From Saccharolobus solfataricus (GTDB lineage: Archaea > Thermoproteota > Thermoprotei_A > Sulfolobales > Sulfolobaceae), in the NCBI RefSeq assembly GCF_900079115.1, contig NZ_LT549890.1:1890001-1922000 (forward strand): a stretch of DNA of 32,000 bases, in the 5' to 3' direction. Below, piece by piece: positions 21,102 to 31,248 of this stretch. How positions within the stretch are numbered: the stretch's first letter is position 1; each line of letters begins with the position of its first letter. Under the pieces are notes generated by a model. The model was given only the letters and a program-made list of their open reading frames with translations, did not search any database and was not told the origin of the DNA. A program made the translations under genes and the position numbers.

Positions 21102-21321
21102 GATGGAAAACCACGCCGAAAGGTTAAAGGAATTGATGGAAGAGGCTAGTTTGCGTTGAGAATAGAGGAGTTAAAAACCAAACCTCCCTCATTAAGAGAA
21201 TATCTTAACGTTAAACCTTCAAATTTCCCGTCTATATTATTCCTATTTTAAAACATACATTAACTTGAGGTATTTTAACAGATTTCTTAAAATAAATGAA
21301 TGATATACCAAACTACTAAAG

Positions 21322-21630
21322 GTGGAATATGATGACATGACTTCAGCCTATGAGAGTAAGGGTAACAAGATTGTGGTTGACGCAGTTACTTTAGACTCTC
21401 TTGGCCTAAAAAAGGTAAAATTATTAAAGATTGATGTCGAGCGTGGTGAATTGGAAGTATTGAAAGGAACCACGAATACCTTAGATATAACTGATAAAAT
21501 TTTGATAGAAGTTAGGAAGGAGTTAGAAAAAGATATAAACTCGTTATTACGTGCAAAGGGATTTAAACTAGTTAAAGTCTACATGACTTATGATAATATT
21601 GGAAATTTCTTATATAAGAGAGCTTTATAG
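21322..21630 (+). pseudogene. FkbM-family methyltransferase, C-terminal fragment
   Basis: VTLDSLGLKKVKLLKIDVERGELEVLKG is the C-terminal FkbM block (tLD...lKiDvEG.E..vL.G). The SAM-binding N-terminal 100 or more residues are absent. Confidence 0.6.
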
Positions 21631-21747
21631 CAATTATTGAATAGTTAAAACACTTTTTATATATTACATTCATCTAAGATTTAGTATTTCTATGAAAATA
21701 CAGAGCCTTACAGTTAACTTTTTAACTATCACATTCTAATATCCCTC

Positions 21748-21935
21748 ATGGATCTATCGAAGCTACTGGAACCAATAAGAATTGGAGATATTGTTTTAAA
21801 GAATAGAATAGCCATGTCACCAATGATCAGTAATCTAGGTACGCCGGAGGGTTATCCTAGTGATGCTCATATAGCTTACTTAGCTGAGAGAGCTAAGGGA
21901 GGAGTTGGGTTAATAATAACAGAATACACATACGT
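21748..21935 (+). pseudogene. OYE-family NADH:flavin oxidoreductase / 2,4-dienoyl-CoA reductase-like gene, N-terminal fragment cut by an IS
   Basis: IRIGDIVLKNRIAMSPM...AERAKGGVGLIITEYTYV is the OYE N-terminus. The homologous frame ends at the IS boundary. Confidence 0.85.
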
Positions 21936-21956
21936 CAGTATGGGAATCTCATTTTT
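21936..21956 (+). repeat. Left terminal inverted repeat CAGTATGGGAATCTCATTTTT
   Basis: Exact reverse complement of 23274-23294. Confidence 0.95.
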
Positions 21957-22050
21957 TGCGTAAAAAACGAGATGAATGGAATACAGAAAAAGTTGAGAGG
22001 ATGAGAATTTCTGGAGAAAAGTTTGTATATACGAGGGCGAACCTGAATAT

Positions 22051-23142
22051 ATGAAACATGAGAATACAACTAAACCGGCGAAGTTCAACCGGGACTTCGC
22101 CAGGTCCGCCCTCAAGATAATTTACTCGGTCCTCACTAAAATACTTTTCCCTGAGGAACTCCTCAGTGCCTTGCTTAAGGCGAGTGGGAGCTACTTGAGC
22201 AGGTTGGGGAAAGATGGGAGAAGAGCGTTGAGAAAGTTGAACGCGGTTCAAGTTGAGGACGTGAGGGATGCGTTGAGGAAGATGGGAAGGATGACGTTAA
22301 GGGGAGTCAGGGACAGGAGGGTAGCAGTGGACTTCCATGCCATACCTCAATATCACGCTGACAAGAGTTTCTTGAGTAGGATAAAGCCAACTAAGGGGAC
22401 GTCGTGGGGACTGGTTCAAGCTGCGATCTTCCTCCTGGGGAGGACGAGGAGCTTCTTGGACGTGATCCCAGTGACCGTGAAGAACGTAGCTGAAGGTTTC
22501 AAGGCGGTGATGGAGGTAATCGTGAAGGAGTTGGAGGAGGACAAGCTGAGGCTCGTCATGGTCTTCGCGGACAGGGAGTTCGCGGTGAACGAAGTGATTA
22601 GGTTCCTCTTGGAGTTGGGCTTGGACTTCGTCATATCTGCCAAGGCCCAGATGTACAAGAAGTACAAGGGGATGTTGCAAGATGTGGATGTGAGTTTTGG
22701 CGGAGTTAGATATACTGGATTTCTCTGCGTGAGACATGGGAGTGGAGCTTATCTCATTATTCTGAGGAAGGAAGACGGCAAGATTATTGCCTTCCTCGTG
22801 AGGAAGGAGATGGATCTTTATGATGCCATAGTCCTTGCCGAGATGTATAGGGAGAGGTGGGGGATAGAGAACGCCTTCCGCTCTCTTGAGGAGTTCAGGA
22901 TCAGGACTAGGACTTGTGACGTGAGGAAGGAATTGGTTCTCGTTCTGCTTTCCTATCTTCTCTTGAATGTCTGGTTCTTGATCCGCTCTTGGAGGAAGGT
23001 AAAGTTGTGGGAGTTCTCGGTCTCCCTCTCGAATCTCCTCGATCGGGAGGTAAGAGTGGAACAAGAACGCGCGTTCCGTGAAGTGAAGACGTCATTCCCC
23101 CAGACTCCAGCTAACCCTATGCACCTCCTTCCAGCTACGTGA
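22051..23142 (+). CDS. IS4-family DDE transposase
   Basis: 363 aa and uninterrupted. DDE-region blocks VAVDFHAI, MVFADREFA and YRERWGIENAFRSLEEF are present. Confidence 0.88.
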   Translation: MKHENTTKPAKFNRDFARSALKIIYSVLTKILFPEELLSALLKASGSYLSRLGKDGRRALRKLNAVQVEDVRDALRKMGRMTLRGVRDRRVAVDFHAIPQYHADKSFLSRIKPTKGTSWGLVQAAIFLLGRTRSFLDVIPVTVKNVAEGFKAVMEVIVKELEEDKLRLVMVFADREFAVNEVIRFLLELGLDFVISAKAQMYKKYKGMLQDVDVSFGGVRYTGFLCVRHGSGAYLIILRKEDGKIIAFLVRKEMDLYDAIVLAEMYRERWGIENAFRSLEEFRIRTRTCDVRKELVLVLLSYLLLNVWFLIRSWRKVKLWEFSVSLSNLLDREVRVEQERAFREVKTSFPQTPANPMHLLPAT

Positions 23143-23273
23143 AATTAATTCTATATATTTATATTCTGCTATTGAAAACTGACTTATTAACTGTCATTTT
23201 CATAAAATATATGCAGTTATATTTGAATAAAACTGGTGCGGTTCAATCTTACATATATTATCATTTATATCAG

Positions 23274-23294
23274 AAAAATGAGATTCCCATACTG
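23274..23294 (-). repeat. Right terminal inverted repeat
   Basis: AAAAATGAGATTCCCATACTG on the plus strand, the reverse complement of the left IR. Confidence 0.95.
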
Positions 23295-24778
23295 ACGTTA
23301 ATCACGTAGACGCTAGGGGATCAGTTAACGAACTGGGAATGGATTCAGATGAGTTAACGCCAAAGTTCATGAGGTTAACTGAGTTAATTCACGCTTTGGG
23401 AAGTAAGATTTTTGTGCAACTAGTTCACGTTGGTAGGAAGACTAGAAAGGATATAATTTGGGGTAACAAACCAATAGCCCCTTCTCCCATTCCTATAATG
23501 GACGAAGTAAGGGAGATGACTAAGGAGGATATAGAGAGGGTTAAAAACGATTTCATAGACGCATCAATAAGAGCTAAGAGGGCTGGATTTGACGGAATAG
23601 AACTTCATGGAGCTCATGGGTATCTATTAGCCCAATTCTTATCTCCCGCGACAAATAAGAGGAATGATGAGTACAAAGATGGTGTAAGGTTTATAGAGGA
23701 AATCCTTAAGGGCATAAAGGAAAAAGCTAAAATCACTGTAGGTATAAGAATCAGTGTAACCGAATTCGACAATGAGGGCTTAACTCCAGAAATTGTTGCT
23801 GAAATAGGTAAAAAGTTGGAGAAGGCTGGGATAGATTATATTCACTTATCAGCTGGAAGAGATGGTCCTTTGGGTTCCAGCATGCCATACTACTATAAGA
23901 GATTGGCATTTCTTGAAGAGGCAAAGGTAGTAAGGGATGCAGTTAATATTCCAATATTTCTTGTTGGATCTGTGATAACTCCAGTAGATGCGATTAAGGC
24001 GAGAGAAATTGCTGACGTCGTTGTATTAGGAAGACAATTATTAGCCGATCCCTATTGGCTAGAGAAAGCTAAAAGGGATCTACCAATAAGACCATGTATT
24101 AGGTGTAATCAGACATGTAGAGGGGTTGTATATAAAGAGGTAAGATGTGATGTCAACCCCGAATTAGGATGGGAGTTGTTACCACCATTAGAGAAGGGCA
24201 AGGGAGAGGTTATTGTAGTGGGAGGAGGCGTAATGGGTTTAGAAGCTGCTAGAGTCTTAGCTTTGAGGGGCTTCACGGTAACTTTATATGAGCAAAACAA
24301 TAAGTTAGGAGGACAGTTCCTACTTTACAAGGATCCTTGGAAAGTTAAGGAGTTCCAAGAGTTAATTAATTACTATGAGAGGGAGTTAAAGAGACTTAAT
24401 GTTGAGGTTAAGCTTAACTCTAAGATTGAGTGCTCTGACTGTATAATGGCTATACCTGACTATGAAATACCTAAAATGCCCGACGTCAAGGGAGAAAAAT
24501 TGCTGATAGATTCTAACCTTTACGTTTATCATGACTATGCGTTTGAGCTAGCTAAATATAATGAGATTTACATTACTGAGAGATCGTTTAAGGGATTGGA
24601 TAGAACTAGGGAGTACCTCCTAAGAAAGGAGTTAAGTGAAGTTGGTGTGAAGTTCTTAGAGGAAAAAAATAGTATGAAGTTTGACGTGGAAATACATAAT
24701 ATTGCTGATGACCAGCCGAGTATTGGTAAGGCTATACAAAGAGGTTATTGGTTAGGTAGAACTTTCAAGTCATATTAA
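23295..24778 (+). pseudogene. OYE/FadH-like reductase, C-terminal fragment (FMN barrel remainder, Fe-S Cys motif, FAD/NAD domain)
   Basis: The frame resumes at ...[24 protein letters not shown]. It contains [24 protein letters not shown]...C and [12 protein letters not shown]. Deleting 21934-23296 restores ...TEYTYVNHVD... in frame. Confidence 0.85.
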
Positions 24779-24793
24779 AAACATTTCATCACG

Positions 24794-24799
24794 TTTTTT
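24794..24799 (+). terminator. Oligo-T tract after the reductase gene
   Basis: A T6 run lies 16 nt after the stop. Confidence 0.3.
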
Positions 24800-24988
24800 C
24801 AGTCCTGGCCACTTTAATCATTCAAATGACATATTGTGTTAACTCTTTTTAAAACTTATGAAGAATATGGTCGGAAACGACTATTTTATTTTGCTAATTA
24901 TCAGACCAAACACAATATTTGCTCAACAAAACAACGATATAAATAAGAAAAACAAAAAGAATTTAGCTTTTAATACTCATTCATTAGC

Positions 24989-25189
<201 letters not shown>

Positions 25190-25392
25190 TCAAGATATCC
25201 TTATGTTATTCTCTTAAATATACTTTACGGTTTTAACTCAAGTATAACTTAAGGTAATATCATAAGACTAAAAAGAGTTAATCCTTTAAGAGAAGAATAT
25301 AACTTATTTTCAGAAATATAGGTTCTAAATAACAAACATTCAAAAAGCTTAATTTAGAAGAAGATAGAAATTTAAAAAGGTTTTAGTTAAGG

Positions 25393-25587
25393 TTAGGAAT
25401 ACCAGATCCAACCATAATAAGATTTCTTTTCTTTTTGCAATGAACGCCACTCTTCTGGAAACTCATTTCTCAAGTATTCCTCTGGTAATCTAGCCATGTC
25501 GTAAGTAATGGGAGTGTTAACTCTAGAATTGTCATTCTTTTTATCTTCTTTCTTGTGACTAATTTTGAGACCTATCATATATTTCAC
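25393..25587 (-). CDS. Hypothetical small protein
   Basis: A 64-aa open frame rich in charged residues. I recognise no motif. Confidence 0.3.
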   Translation of the reverse strand: MKYMIGLKISHKKEDKKNDNSRVNTPITYDMARLPEEYLRNEFPEEWRSLQKEKKSYYGWIWYS

Positions 25588-25740
25588 CCTAACTATATAT
25601 AAGTCTTCTAATTTATAAACTTATCTAACATAAGTTAAAAGGGTTAAAACGTATAAAACCTTAGGAATACTTTCCCATCTTCAATGAATAATACTTTCAG
25701 TGTACTGGATCTAATTCTTTTTTGAAGAAACGATAATGAG

Positions 25741-25959
25741 ATGTACCCATACTTGATTGGAATAACTAGGAACACTTATTACATAGCGATGGAATCTGAG
25801 AGGAACCCATTAGAGTCATACCTAGTAAGGATAGTGTACAAGGATAAAAGCGTAATCAATTATTCGTGTAGTTGCAAGGGATTTGCAATGAGAGGAAAAT
25901 GCAAACACATAGCAATTGCTAAAAATAAGGTGAGATTTATAAGCGAGGAGAGGGTATGA
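25741..25959 (+). CDS. SWIM-type zinc-finger protein
   Basis: 72 aa with the CxC-x(n)-CxH signature CSCKGFAMRGKCKH. The stop overlaps the next gene's start (ATGA). Confidence 0.65.
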   Translation: MYPYLIGITRNTYYIAMESERNPLESYLVRIVYKDKSVINYSCSCKGFAMRGKCKHIAIAKNKVRFISEERV

Positions 25960-26486
25960 ATCTTGTGAGGCTCAGAACCCATTACATCTTCTCAACCGGT
26001 TTATTAACGCTTCTGGACTCTGTACTCTTTCATGAATATTTTTACTACGCTTTAATCTTGAGCGGAATAGTTTCGGTAATAGGTAATTCCTTGATTGATA
26101 GGATTGGCCATAAGGAGATTGCCACTAGGTATGGGTATATCCCGGTAAGGACACCTTTAACCCATACAATTCCTAGAAGTGTAGTTTGGGGTATTGTCTC
26201 CGTAGTCCCGGTCTTTATTCTCTTATTGATTTATTATTATGGGTTTAGCTATCACGAGTACTATTTCTCCCTTAGCAATAAGGTGGTGTTGTTAATATTG
26301 TTAAATGGTGTAGTTGTTGGGCCCTCTCATTTGTTCCTGGACGTATTTACGGAAAGGGGAATTTACGTTAAAAAATACGGTAGATGGAGAAGATTTGCCT
26401 TGGCACATTTCAGATATGATAACCCCTTAGTAAACGGTTTAGCAATAATAGCTGGTGCCGTAATGATATATCTGGCTTATCTCTGA
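25956..26486 (+). CDS. Membrane protein, possibly DUF1286/YdjM-like
   Basis: 176 aa with about 4-5 hydrophobic spans and conserved-looking His residues (DRIGHKE, LTHTIP, GPSHLFLD). The family assignment is from memory only. Confidence 0.55.
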   Translation: MNLVRLRTHYIFSTGLLTLLDSVLFHEYFYYALILSGIVSVIGNSLIDRIGHKEIATRYGYIPVRTPLTHTIPRSVVWGIVSVVPVFILLLIYYYGFSYHEYYFSLSNKVVLLILLNGVVVGPSHLFLDVFTERGIYVKKYGRWRRFALAHFRYDNPLVNGLAIIAGAVMIYLAYL

Positions 26487-26579
26487 GAGCTTCGCCTTTA
26501 AGAAAAAGCTAGTTCTGATATCTTCCACGCCTTAAAAGGCAAGAGTTACGCTTATCCATTCGGGTCTACATCTTTAATA

Positions 26580-27149
26580 TTAACTAATTTGTTGCACTAC
26601 AGCCCATCTCTCCATTAAATTCTTTCCTTCTCTTATTATCTTAAATTGACCAAGTATTTTCTTCCATTCGTCTCCACTAACATCCATTTTATCCTTTATG
26701 AGAAAGCTTCTTGTAACGCTTATGTAAGCTAAACCATTATCCTTTAGAATCCTCTTAATTTCCTTTATAGCGCCATTGTGGTCTGAAGTACAACACAGCA
26801 TTAGGTTAGAGAAAACAAAGTCAATACTTTTATCTTTAATAAATTCCAGTTTTTGAGCTGGAGCTACATACGGTATAACGTTATTCAAAGACAACTTTTG
26901 GACTTTTTCCTTTAATCTTCTTATTGCCCTCTCGTCAGGATCTACTGCGTAAACGGTTTTCACAATTCTAGCGAGGATTGTAGTGAAGAACCCAGGACCA
27001 CATCCCAAATCCACTACCGTGTAGTCTTCTTTTAGATATTTCACGAATCTTGATAGTATCCTATTAGGAGGTGAAACCAAAGACCTTAAAGAATTATCAA
27101 GAACTAGTGGATTAATGTATCTATCGTTTTTGCTCATTAATGTGTACAT
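26580..27149 (-). CDS. Class I SAM-dependent methyltransferase
   Basis: 189 aa with motif [12 protein letters not shown] and post-I AVDPD. Confidence 0.8.
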   Translation of the reverse strand: MYTLMSKNDRYINPLVLDNSLRSLVSPPNRILSRFVKYLKEDYTVVDLGCGPGFFTTILARIVKTVYAVDPDERAIRRLKEKVQKLSLNNVIPYVAPAQKLEFIKDKSIDFVFSNLMLCCTSDHNGAIKEIKRILKDNGLAYISVTRSFLIKDKMDVSGDEWKKILGQFKIIREGKNLMERWAVVQQIS

Positions 27150-27227
27150 TTCTCTCTATCTAATTAAATTTTTCCCAATATTTAAAGGGGAACAAAAGTA
27201 TATAACCTTAAAAATTAGTGAAAACAC

Positions 27228-27866
27228 GTGTATAGAGCGATTTTCGTAGACTTTGGAAACACGCTAGTTGGTTTTAAACCAGCATTTTATGAGAAATTAC
27301 AAACTATTCTGAGAGAACACGGTTATGATGTTGACATTAGAAGGGTCTTCAGAGCTTATGTGAAAGCCATGGCTGTTAATAACTATTCCCAACCAACTGA
27401 TATTAAGGAATTCCTATATAATTTGAATATTCCTCCAAGTGATAGATTGATCAGCCATATAAGGGGTTCTGATATAAGGGACGGGGAAGCGTTCATATAT
27501 GATGATGTGATGGAATTTTTAGAAACTATTAGAAGTACCAACACTAAATTAATCTTATTAAGCAACTCATCACCTAGGACTAAAAAGTTGTTGGAAGAAT
27601 TGGGATTAGTAAAGTACTTTGATGACTTAGTCTTATCTCACGAGATTGGTATTGTTAAGCCTAATCCTAAAATCTTCGCCATTGCAATTTTAAAGGGCGG
27701 ATATCCAGCTTTGCATATAGGGGATATATATGAAATTGATTACGTGGGAGCTAGGAGAAGCTATGTAGATGCGATATTGTTGGACAGATACGACTTTTAT
27801 CCAGAGATCAAGGAAAAGGTAAGGAATTTAAGAGAGATAATTCCAATGGTCACGAAAAATCTCTAA
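27228..27866 (+). CDS. HAD-superfamily hydrolase
   Basis: 212 aa with a GTG start. Motif I is FVDFGNTL, motif II LLSNS, motif III KPNPKIF and motif [13 protein letters not shown]. Confidence 0.8.
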   Translation: MYRAIFVDFGNTLVGFKPAFYEKLQTILREHGYDVDIRRVFRAYVKAMAVNNYSQPTDIKEFLYNLNIPPSDRLISHIRGSDIRDGEAFIYDDVMEFLETIRSTNTKLILLSNSSPRTKKLLEELGLVKYFDDLVLSHEIGIVKPNPKIFAIAILKGGYPALHIGDIYEIDYVGARRSYVDAILLDRYDFYPEIKEKVRNLREIIPMVTKNL

Positions 27867-27955
27867 ATTTCAGGTAGATATTACCAAAAGTAAACTATAT
27901 AGTTTATAATATCAATATAGGAAATCCTTTTAAATATTTGTGCCAGAAATTAAAT

Positions 27956-28704
27956 ATGGCATTCAATGGGATAAAATTCGATACTTCTGTTCCAGGTATG
28001 GTGCCTTGGGAGATAGTTACTATCTACTTTATAGTAGGGCTTGCAATAGTATTTTACTTCGCTAGGAGATTCGGCTTAAAGAGTTTTACAACAATTGATT
28101 TAGTTTACATTGCAGTGGGAGCAGCTTTTAGCGTGGTTTGGGAATTCTATATAGGTAGTTTCATTGGTAGATTTTTACCTAGTACACCTTTCATAGGAGT
28201 AGGATTTTGGGGGAGAATGTTCATTCTCCTTATTGTAGCTGCCTTAGTTAGAAAACCAGGTACTGGGATACTGAGTTTACTGATCTTTAATATACTGTCA
28301 GATTTATTCTTCTATGGTTTTGGCGGAGAACCCATGTATACAATTTATGAAGCCCTAACTTATGGATTATTTCTTGACCTTGTAATTGTAGCTAGTAGGG
28401 GAAAATTATTCGGTATTGGATATAAAAGTAGCAATGGGTCATCTGTGTCAACTAAAACTGTTGTGGGATTGGCAATATTAGAAGGTATAATAATTGGTAT
28501 ATTGTTTGCAATTCCAGACCCAATCTTTTATCAATTCCAGACCCAATCTTTTATCTTGGCTTCTTTAGGCCCTTAATAAGTGGGGCTATAGTGAACTGGG
28601 CTACTATACAATTTGACTTTCTAGCCTTTATACCTGGAGATGTGGTCATAGGAATTTTAGGAGCTTTAGCCGGGCAGAGGATAGCTAAAGCGGTGGGACA
28701 GTGA
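27956..28704 (+). pseudogene. ECF-transporter S-component-like membrane protein, frameshifted by a 23-bp tandem duplication
   Basis: The frame from ATG 27956 stops at 28576. Removing one 23-bp repeat unit extends it through ...PDPIFYLGFFRPLISGAIVNW...AGQRIAKAVGQ to TGA 28702-28704, which overlaps the ATPase GTG start. Confidence 0.7.
28510..28555 (+). repeat. Perfect 23-bp tandem duplication AATTCCAGACCCAATCTTTTATC x2
   Basis: Copies at 28510-28532 and 28533-28555 are identical. Confidence 0.95.
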
Positions 28705-30293
28705 AGTTTGTGGAGATTAGGGATCTCCAAGTAACCTATATGGGAAAAGATAAGCCCAGCATAGTGGTAGATAAGCTTGATATAGAAGAAGGAGAATCCG
28801 TTTTAATAACTGGTAGGTCGGGAAGTGGTAAGTCGACGCTAGTAAGTGTAATTAATGGCGTAATTCCACACTTAATTAACGCTGAAATAAAAGGAGAAGT
28901 TAGAGTTTTTGGATTTGACGTTAAGAGTACGCCAATACATGAAATATCTAAATATGTGGGTACACTATTACAAGATCCGGATACTCAAGCTTTTAATTAT
29001 ACTATAATAGATGAGGTGGCTTTCGGCGTCGAGAACTATATGATAAGTAGGGATGAGATGATAGAGAGAGTTGAAGAGTCAATGAAGATATATGGCATTT
29101 CACACTTAAGGGATAGGGAGATTAATACTTTATCTGGAGGGGAACTTCAAAGAACTATCTTAGCGTCAGTTTTAGCCATGAGACCTAAGGCGTTAATTTT
29201 AGATGAGCCAACTTCCAATATAGACCCTCAAGGTACTAGGGAAATTTTAGAACTAGTAAAGACCTTTAGATCTGAGGGAATTAGCCTAGTTTTAGTTGAG
29301 CATAAAATAGAGAGAGTATTACCCTTTGTTGATAGAATAATTGTAGTAGAAGAAGGAAAAATTGCTGTAGATGTCAGAAAAGATGAGATTGTGGATAAGG
29401 CCGATTTTCTCTACTCTTTGGGTCTTGAAATACCAGATTATATGCTATTTTTAAAGAAAAACGGTTTTAGGAAAATAGATTACGAGTATTTAAGGAAAAC
29501 TTATACTTATAGACCACCTTCTAGAATTGGGGGAAAAGGAGAAGCGCTATACGCGAGCGTAAAGGTTAAGACGAAAAATGGAATTTATCTGATTAATACT
29601 AAAATATCATTAAAACAAGGTACTATAACAGCGTTAATGGGTAAGAATGGCTCTGGAAAAACTACTTTATTGAAGGTAATTGTTGGTTTAATAGACAAGA
29701 AGAGGCTGATCGTAGAGGAGGAGAAGGTCATAGTCAACGGTGTAGATTTAAGTAAGACTAAGCTGGTGGAAAGGGGAAAATTCATAGCGTATTTACCTCA
29801 GTTCTTTGACGTTATGTTTATAAAGAGAACTGTTGAGGATGAGATTAAGTTCTCAATGAAGAATAGAGGTACATACGACGAGAAGAGGTTAGGAGAGGTT
29901 TTGAAGATGTTCTCTCTAGATGCCTATAGGAAGGAAGATCCTTTAGTTCTCTCCATGGGGCAAAGGAGAAGAGTTGCAATGGCCTCAGTACTAGCAGGTG
30001 GGGCTAAGGTTATACTAATGGATGAGCCGACAAGTGGACAAGATTGGTATCATAGGCAAATCTTGGGAAAAGAACTCTTAGAATTGAGAGATAAGGGATA
30101 TACTATACTGGTTGTGACTCATGATTCCAGATTTGTTGATAGATTTGCTGATTATCTGTTAGTAATGAATGAGGGAAAAATCGTATTGGAAGGGAAGCCA
30201 GAAGAGGTTTTCATTAAATCACTAAGACATGGCATAGAACCTCCATTAGAATATGAGTTGGGAGGATTGATAAAAAATGAACACTTTAGTTGA
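28701..30293 (+). CDS. ECF/CbiO-type ABC ATPase, duplicated (two nucleotide-binding domains)
   Basis: 530 aa. Walker A: GRSGSGKST and GKNGSGKTT. Signature motifs: LSGGELQR and LSMGQRRR. Walker B: LILDEPTS and ILMDEPTS. Confidence 0.92.
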   Translation: MKFVEIRDLQVTYMGKDKPSIVVDKLDIEEGESVLITGRSGSGKSTLVSVINGVIPHLINAEIKGEVRVFGFDVKSTPIHEISKYVGTLLQDPDTQAFNYTIIDEVAFGVENYMISRDEMIERVEESMKIYGISHLRDREINTLSGGELQRTILASVLAMRPKALILDEPTSNIDPQGTREILELVKTFRSEGISLVLVEHKIERVLPFVDRIIVVEEGKIAVDVRKDEIVDKADFLYSLGLEIPDYMLFLKKNGFRKIDYEYLRKTYTYRPPSRIGGKGEALYASVKVKTKNGIYLINTKISLKQGTITALMGKNGSGKTTLLKVIVGLIDKKRLIVEEEKVIVNGVDLSKTKLVERGKFIAYLPQFFDVMFIKRTVEDEIKFSMKNRGTYDEKRLGEVLKMFSLDAYRKEDPLVLSMGQRRRVAMASVLAGGAKVILMDEPTSGQDWYHRQILGKELLELRDKGYTILVVTHDSRFVDRFADYLLVMNEGKIVLEGKPEEVFIKSLRHGIEPPLEYELGGLIKNEHFS

Positions 30294-31242
30294 TCAAATA
30301 ATAAGTTGGATAATTGTTCTCTACGGATCCGCAGTGCCAGCTTTATTCGTAATTTTCTTGATAGGAATAACAGGTTTAAGGGAAATAACGCGTTATGAGA
30401 CTGGAAATACGTTTCTATATAAGTTAAACCCCGTTACGAAGGTAGTACTCACAATAGTAGTTATGACTGTAGCTGCTACTACGATATGGTGGATAGGCGC
30501 CATATTAACCCTAGTTCTCTTATTATCATATCTTACGCTAAACGATGGAGTAAGGAAATTCGGATATGCGTTTTTCTTAGCGCTTTCAACAATATTGGGT
30601 GGAACGTGGAGCATTGCTCCTTACACTCCACCTAGTACACTACAGTTAGCCTTCCCTAGTGTGAAACAGTTTACGGTAATTTGGACATTCCCATCTTATT
30701 TCCAAGTAATGGGGTATGAGCAACAATTAACGTTAGAAGCTCTAATTTACGGCCTTCAGACTACCTTTAGAGTAGCTCCAGTATTATTGTCAGCCTTACT
30801 GTTCATTACTACAACAACTGGATCCGATATCTTCAGGATGTTCACTAAAATAAAGATACCTATAGCAATTACGTTTTCAGTGTTAGTTGGCATAAGGATG
30901 ATACCTAGGATATTTGAGCTGTTAGACACTTCAGTGAAGATGCAGTATATAAGAGGTTTAGGGTATAGTAGACCGAAAATAGTTTCTTCACTGTTAATAG
31001 TTTACGCGATTTTTGAAGCAATAATACCAACTATGGTGTATTTGTTTAGGGGAGCTAAGAACTTGGCAATTTCAGCTGATACTAGGGGATTTAGAGCTTA
31101 TCCAAGTAGGACTAGTCTAGTAGAACTTAAGTTTACAAGAGTTGACTACTACGGTACTGCAATAATTGCGGCATTAATAATTATAGCAATTGTAGCTAAT
31201 TTACTTGGATTTGGGAGAACGATACCATACGTTGGACTTTAA
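30277..31242 (+). CDS. ECF transporter T component (EcfT/CbiQ family)
   Basis: 321 aa, polytopic, overlapping the ATPase gene by 17 nt. A C-terminal coupling-helix-like ISADTRGF (A-x-x-x-R-G) is present. Confidence 0.8.
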   Translation: MNTLVDQIISWIIVLYGSAVPALFVIFLIGITGLREITRYETGNTFLYKLNPVTKVVLTIVVMTVAATTIWWIGAILTLVLLLSYLTLNDGVRKFGYAFFLALSTILGGTWSIAPYTPPSTLQLAFPSVKQFTVIWTFPSYFQVMGYEQQLTLEALIYGLQTTFRVAPVLLSALLFITTTTGSDIFRMFTKIKIPIAITFSVLVGIRMIPRIFELLDTSVKMQYIRGLGYSRPKIVSSLLIVYAIFEAIIPTMVYLFRGAKNLAISADTRGFRAYPSRTSLVELKFTRVDYYGTAIIAALIIIAIVANLLGFGRTIPYVGL

Positions 31243-31248
31243 TTTTTT
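31243..31248 (+). terminator. Oligo-T tract immediately after the ECF T gene
   Basis: A T6 run directly follows the TAA. Confidence 0.35.

Larger units (their letters stand above)
21936..23294 (+). mobile_element. IS4-family insertion sequence, 1359 bp (ISC1359-like), apparently intact
   Basis: It has 21-bp perfect terminal inverted repeats and is flanked by ACGT at 21932-21935 and 23295-23298. Because ACGT is palindromic, it could be a 4-bp target duplication or extend the IR to 25 bp. By eye the element is clearly GC-richer than its flanks. Confidence 0.9.

Noticed and set aside
22297-23064. 255-aa minus-strand ORF, plus other antisense ORFs at 21949-22251, 22416-22667 and 22907-23095
   Set aside because: They lie antisense to the IS4-family transposase. 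The GC-rich, stop-poor composition of the IS produces long spurious frames, and the Pro/Leu/His-rich translation shows no motif.
23240-23248. GGTTCAATC, reminiscent of a tRNA T-loop
   Set aside because: The flanking bases do not form a T-stem or an acceptor stem, and the site lies inside the IS right end. It is not a tRNA.
24786-24850. C-box-like GTGATGA on the minus strand, with a nearby CTGA, as a possible C/D-box sRNA
   Set aside because: The box order and spacing are wrong. No D box lies 3' of the C box within about 60 nt, and there is no terminal stem.
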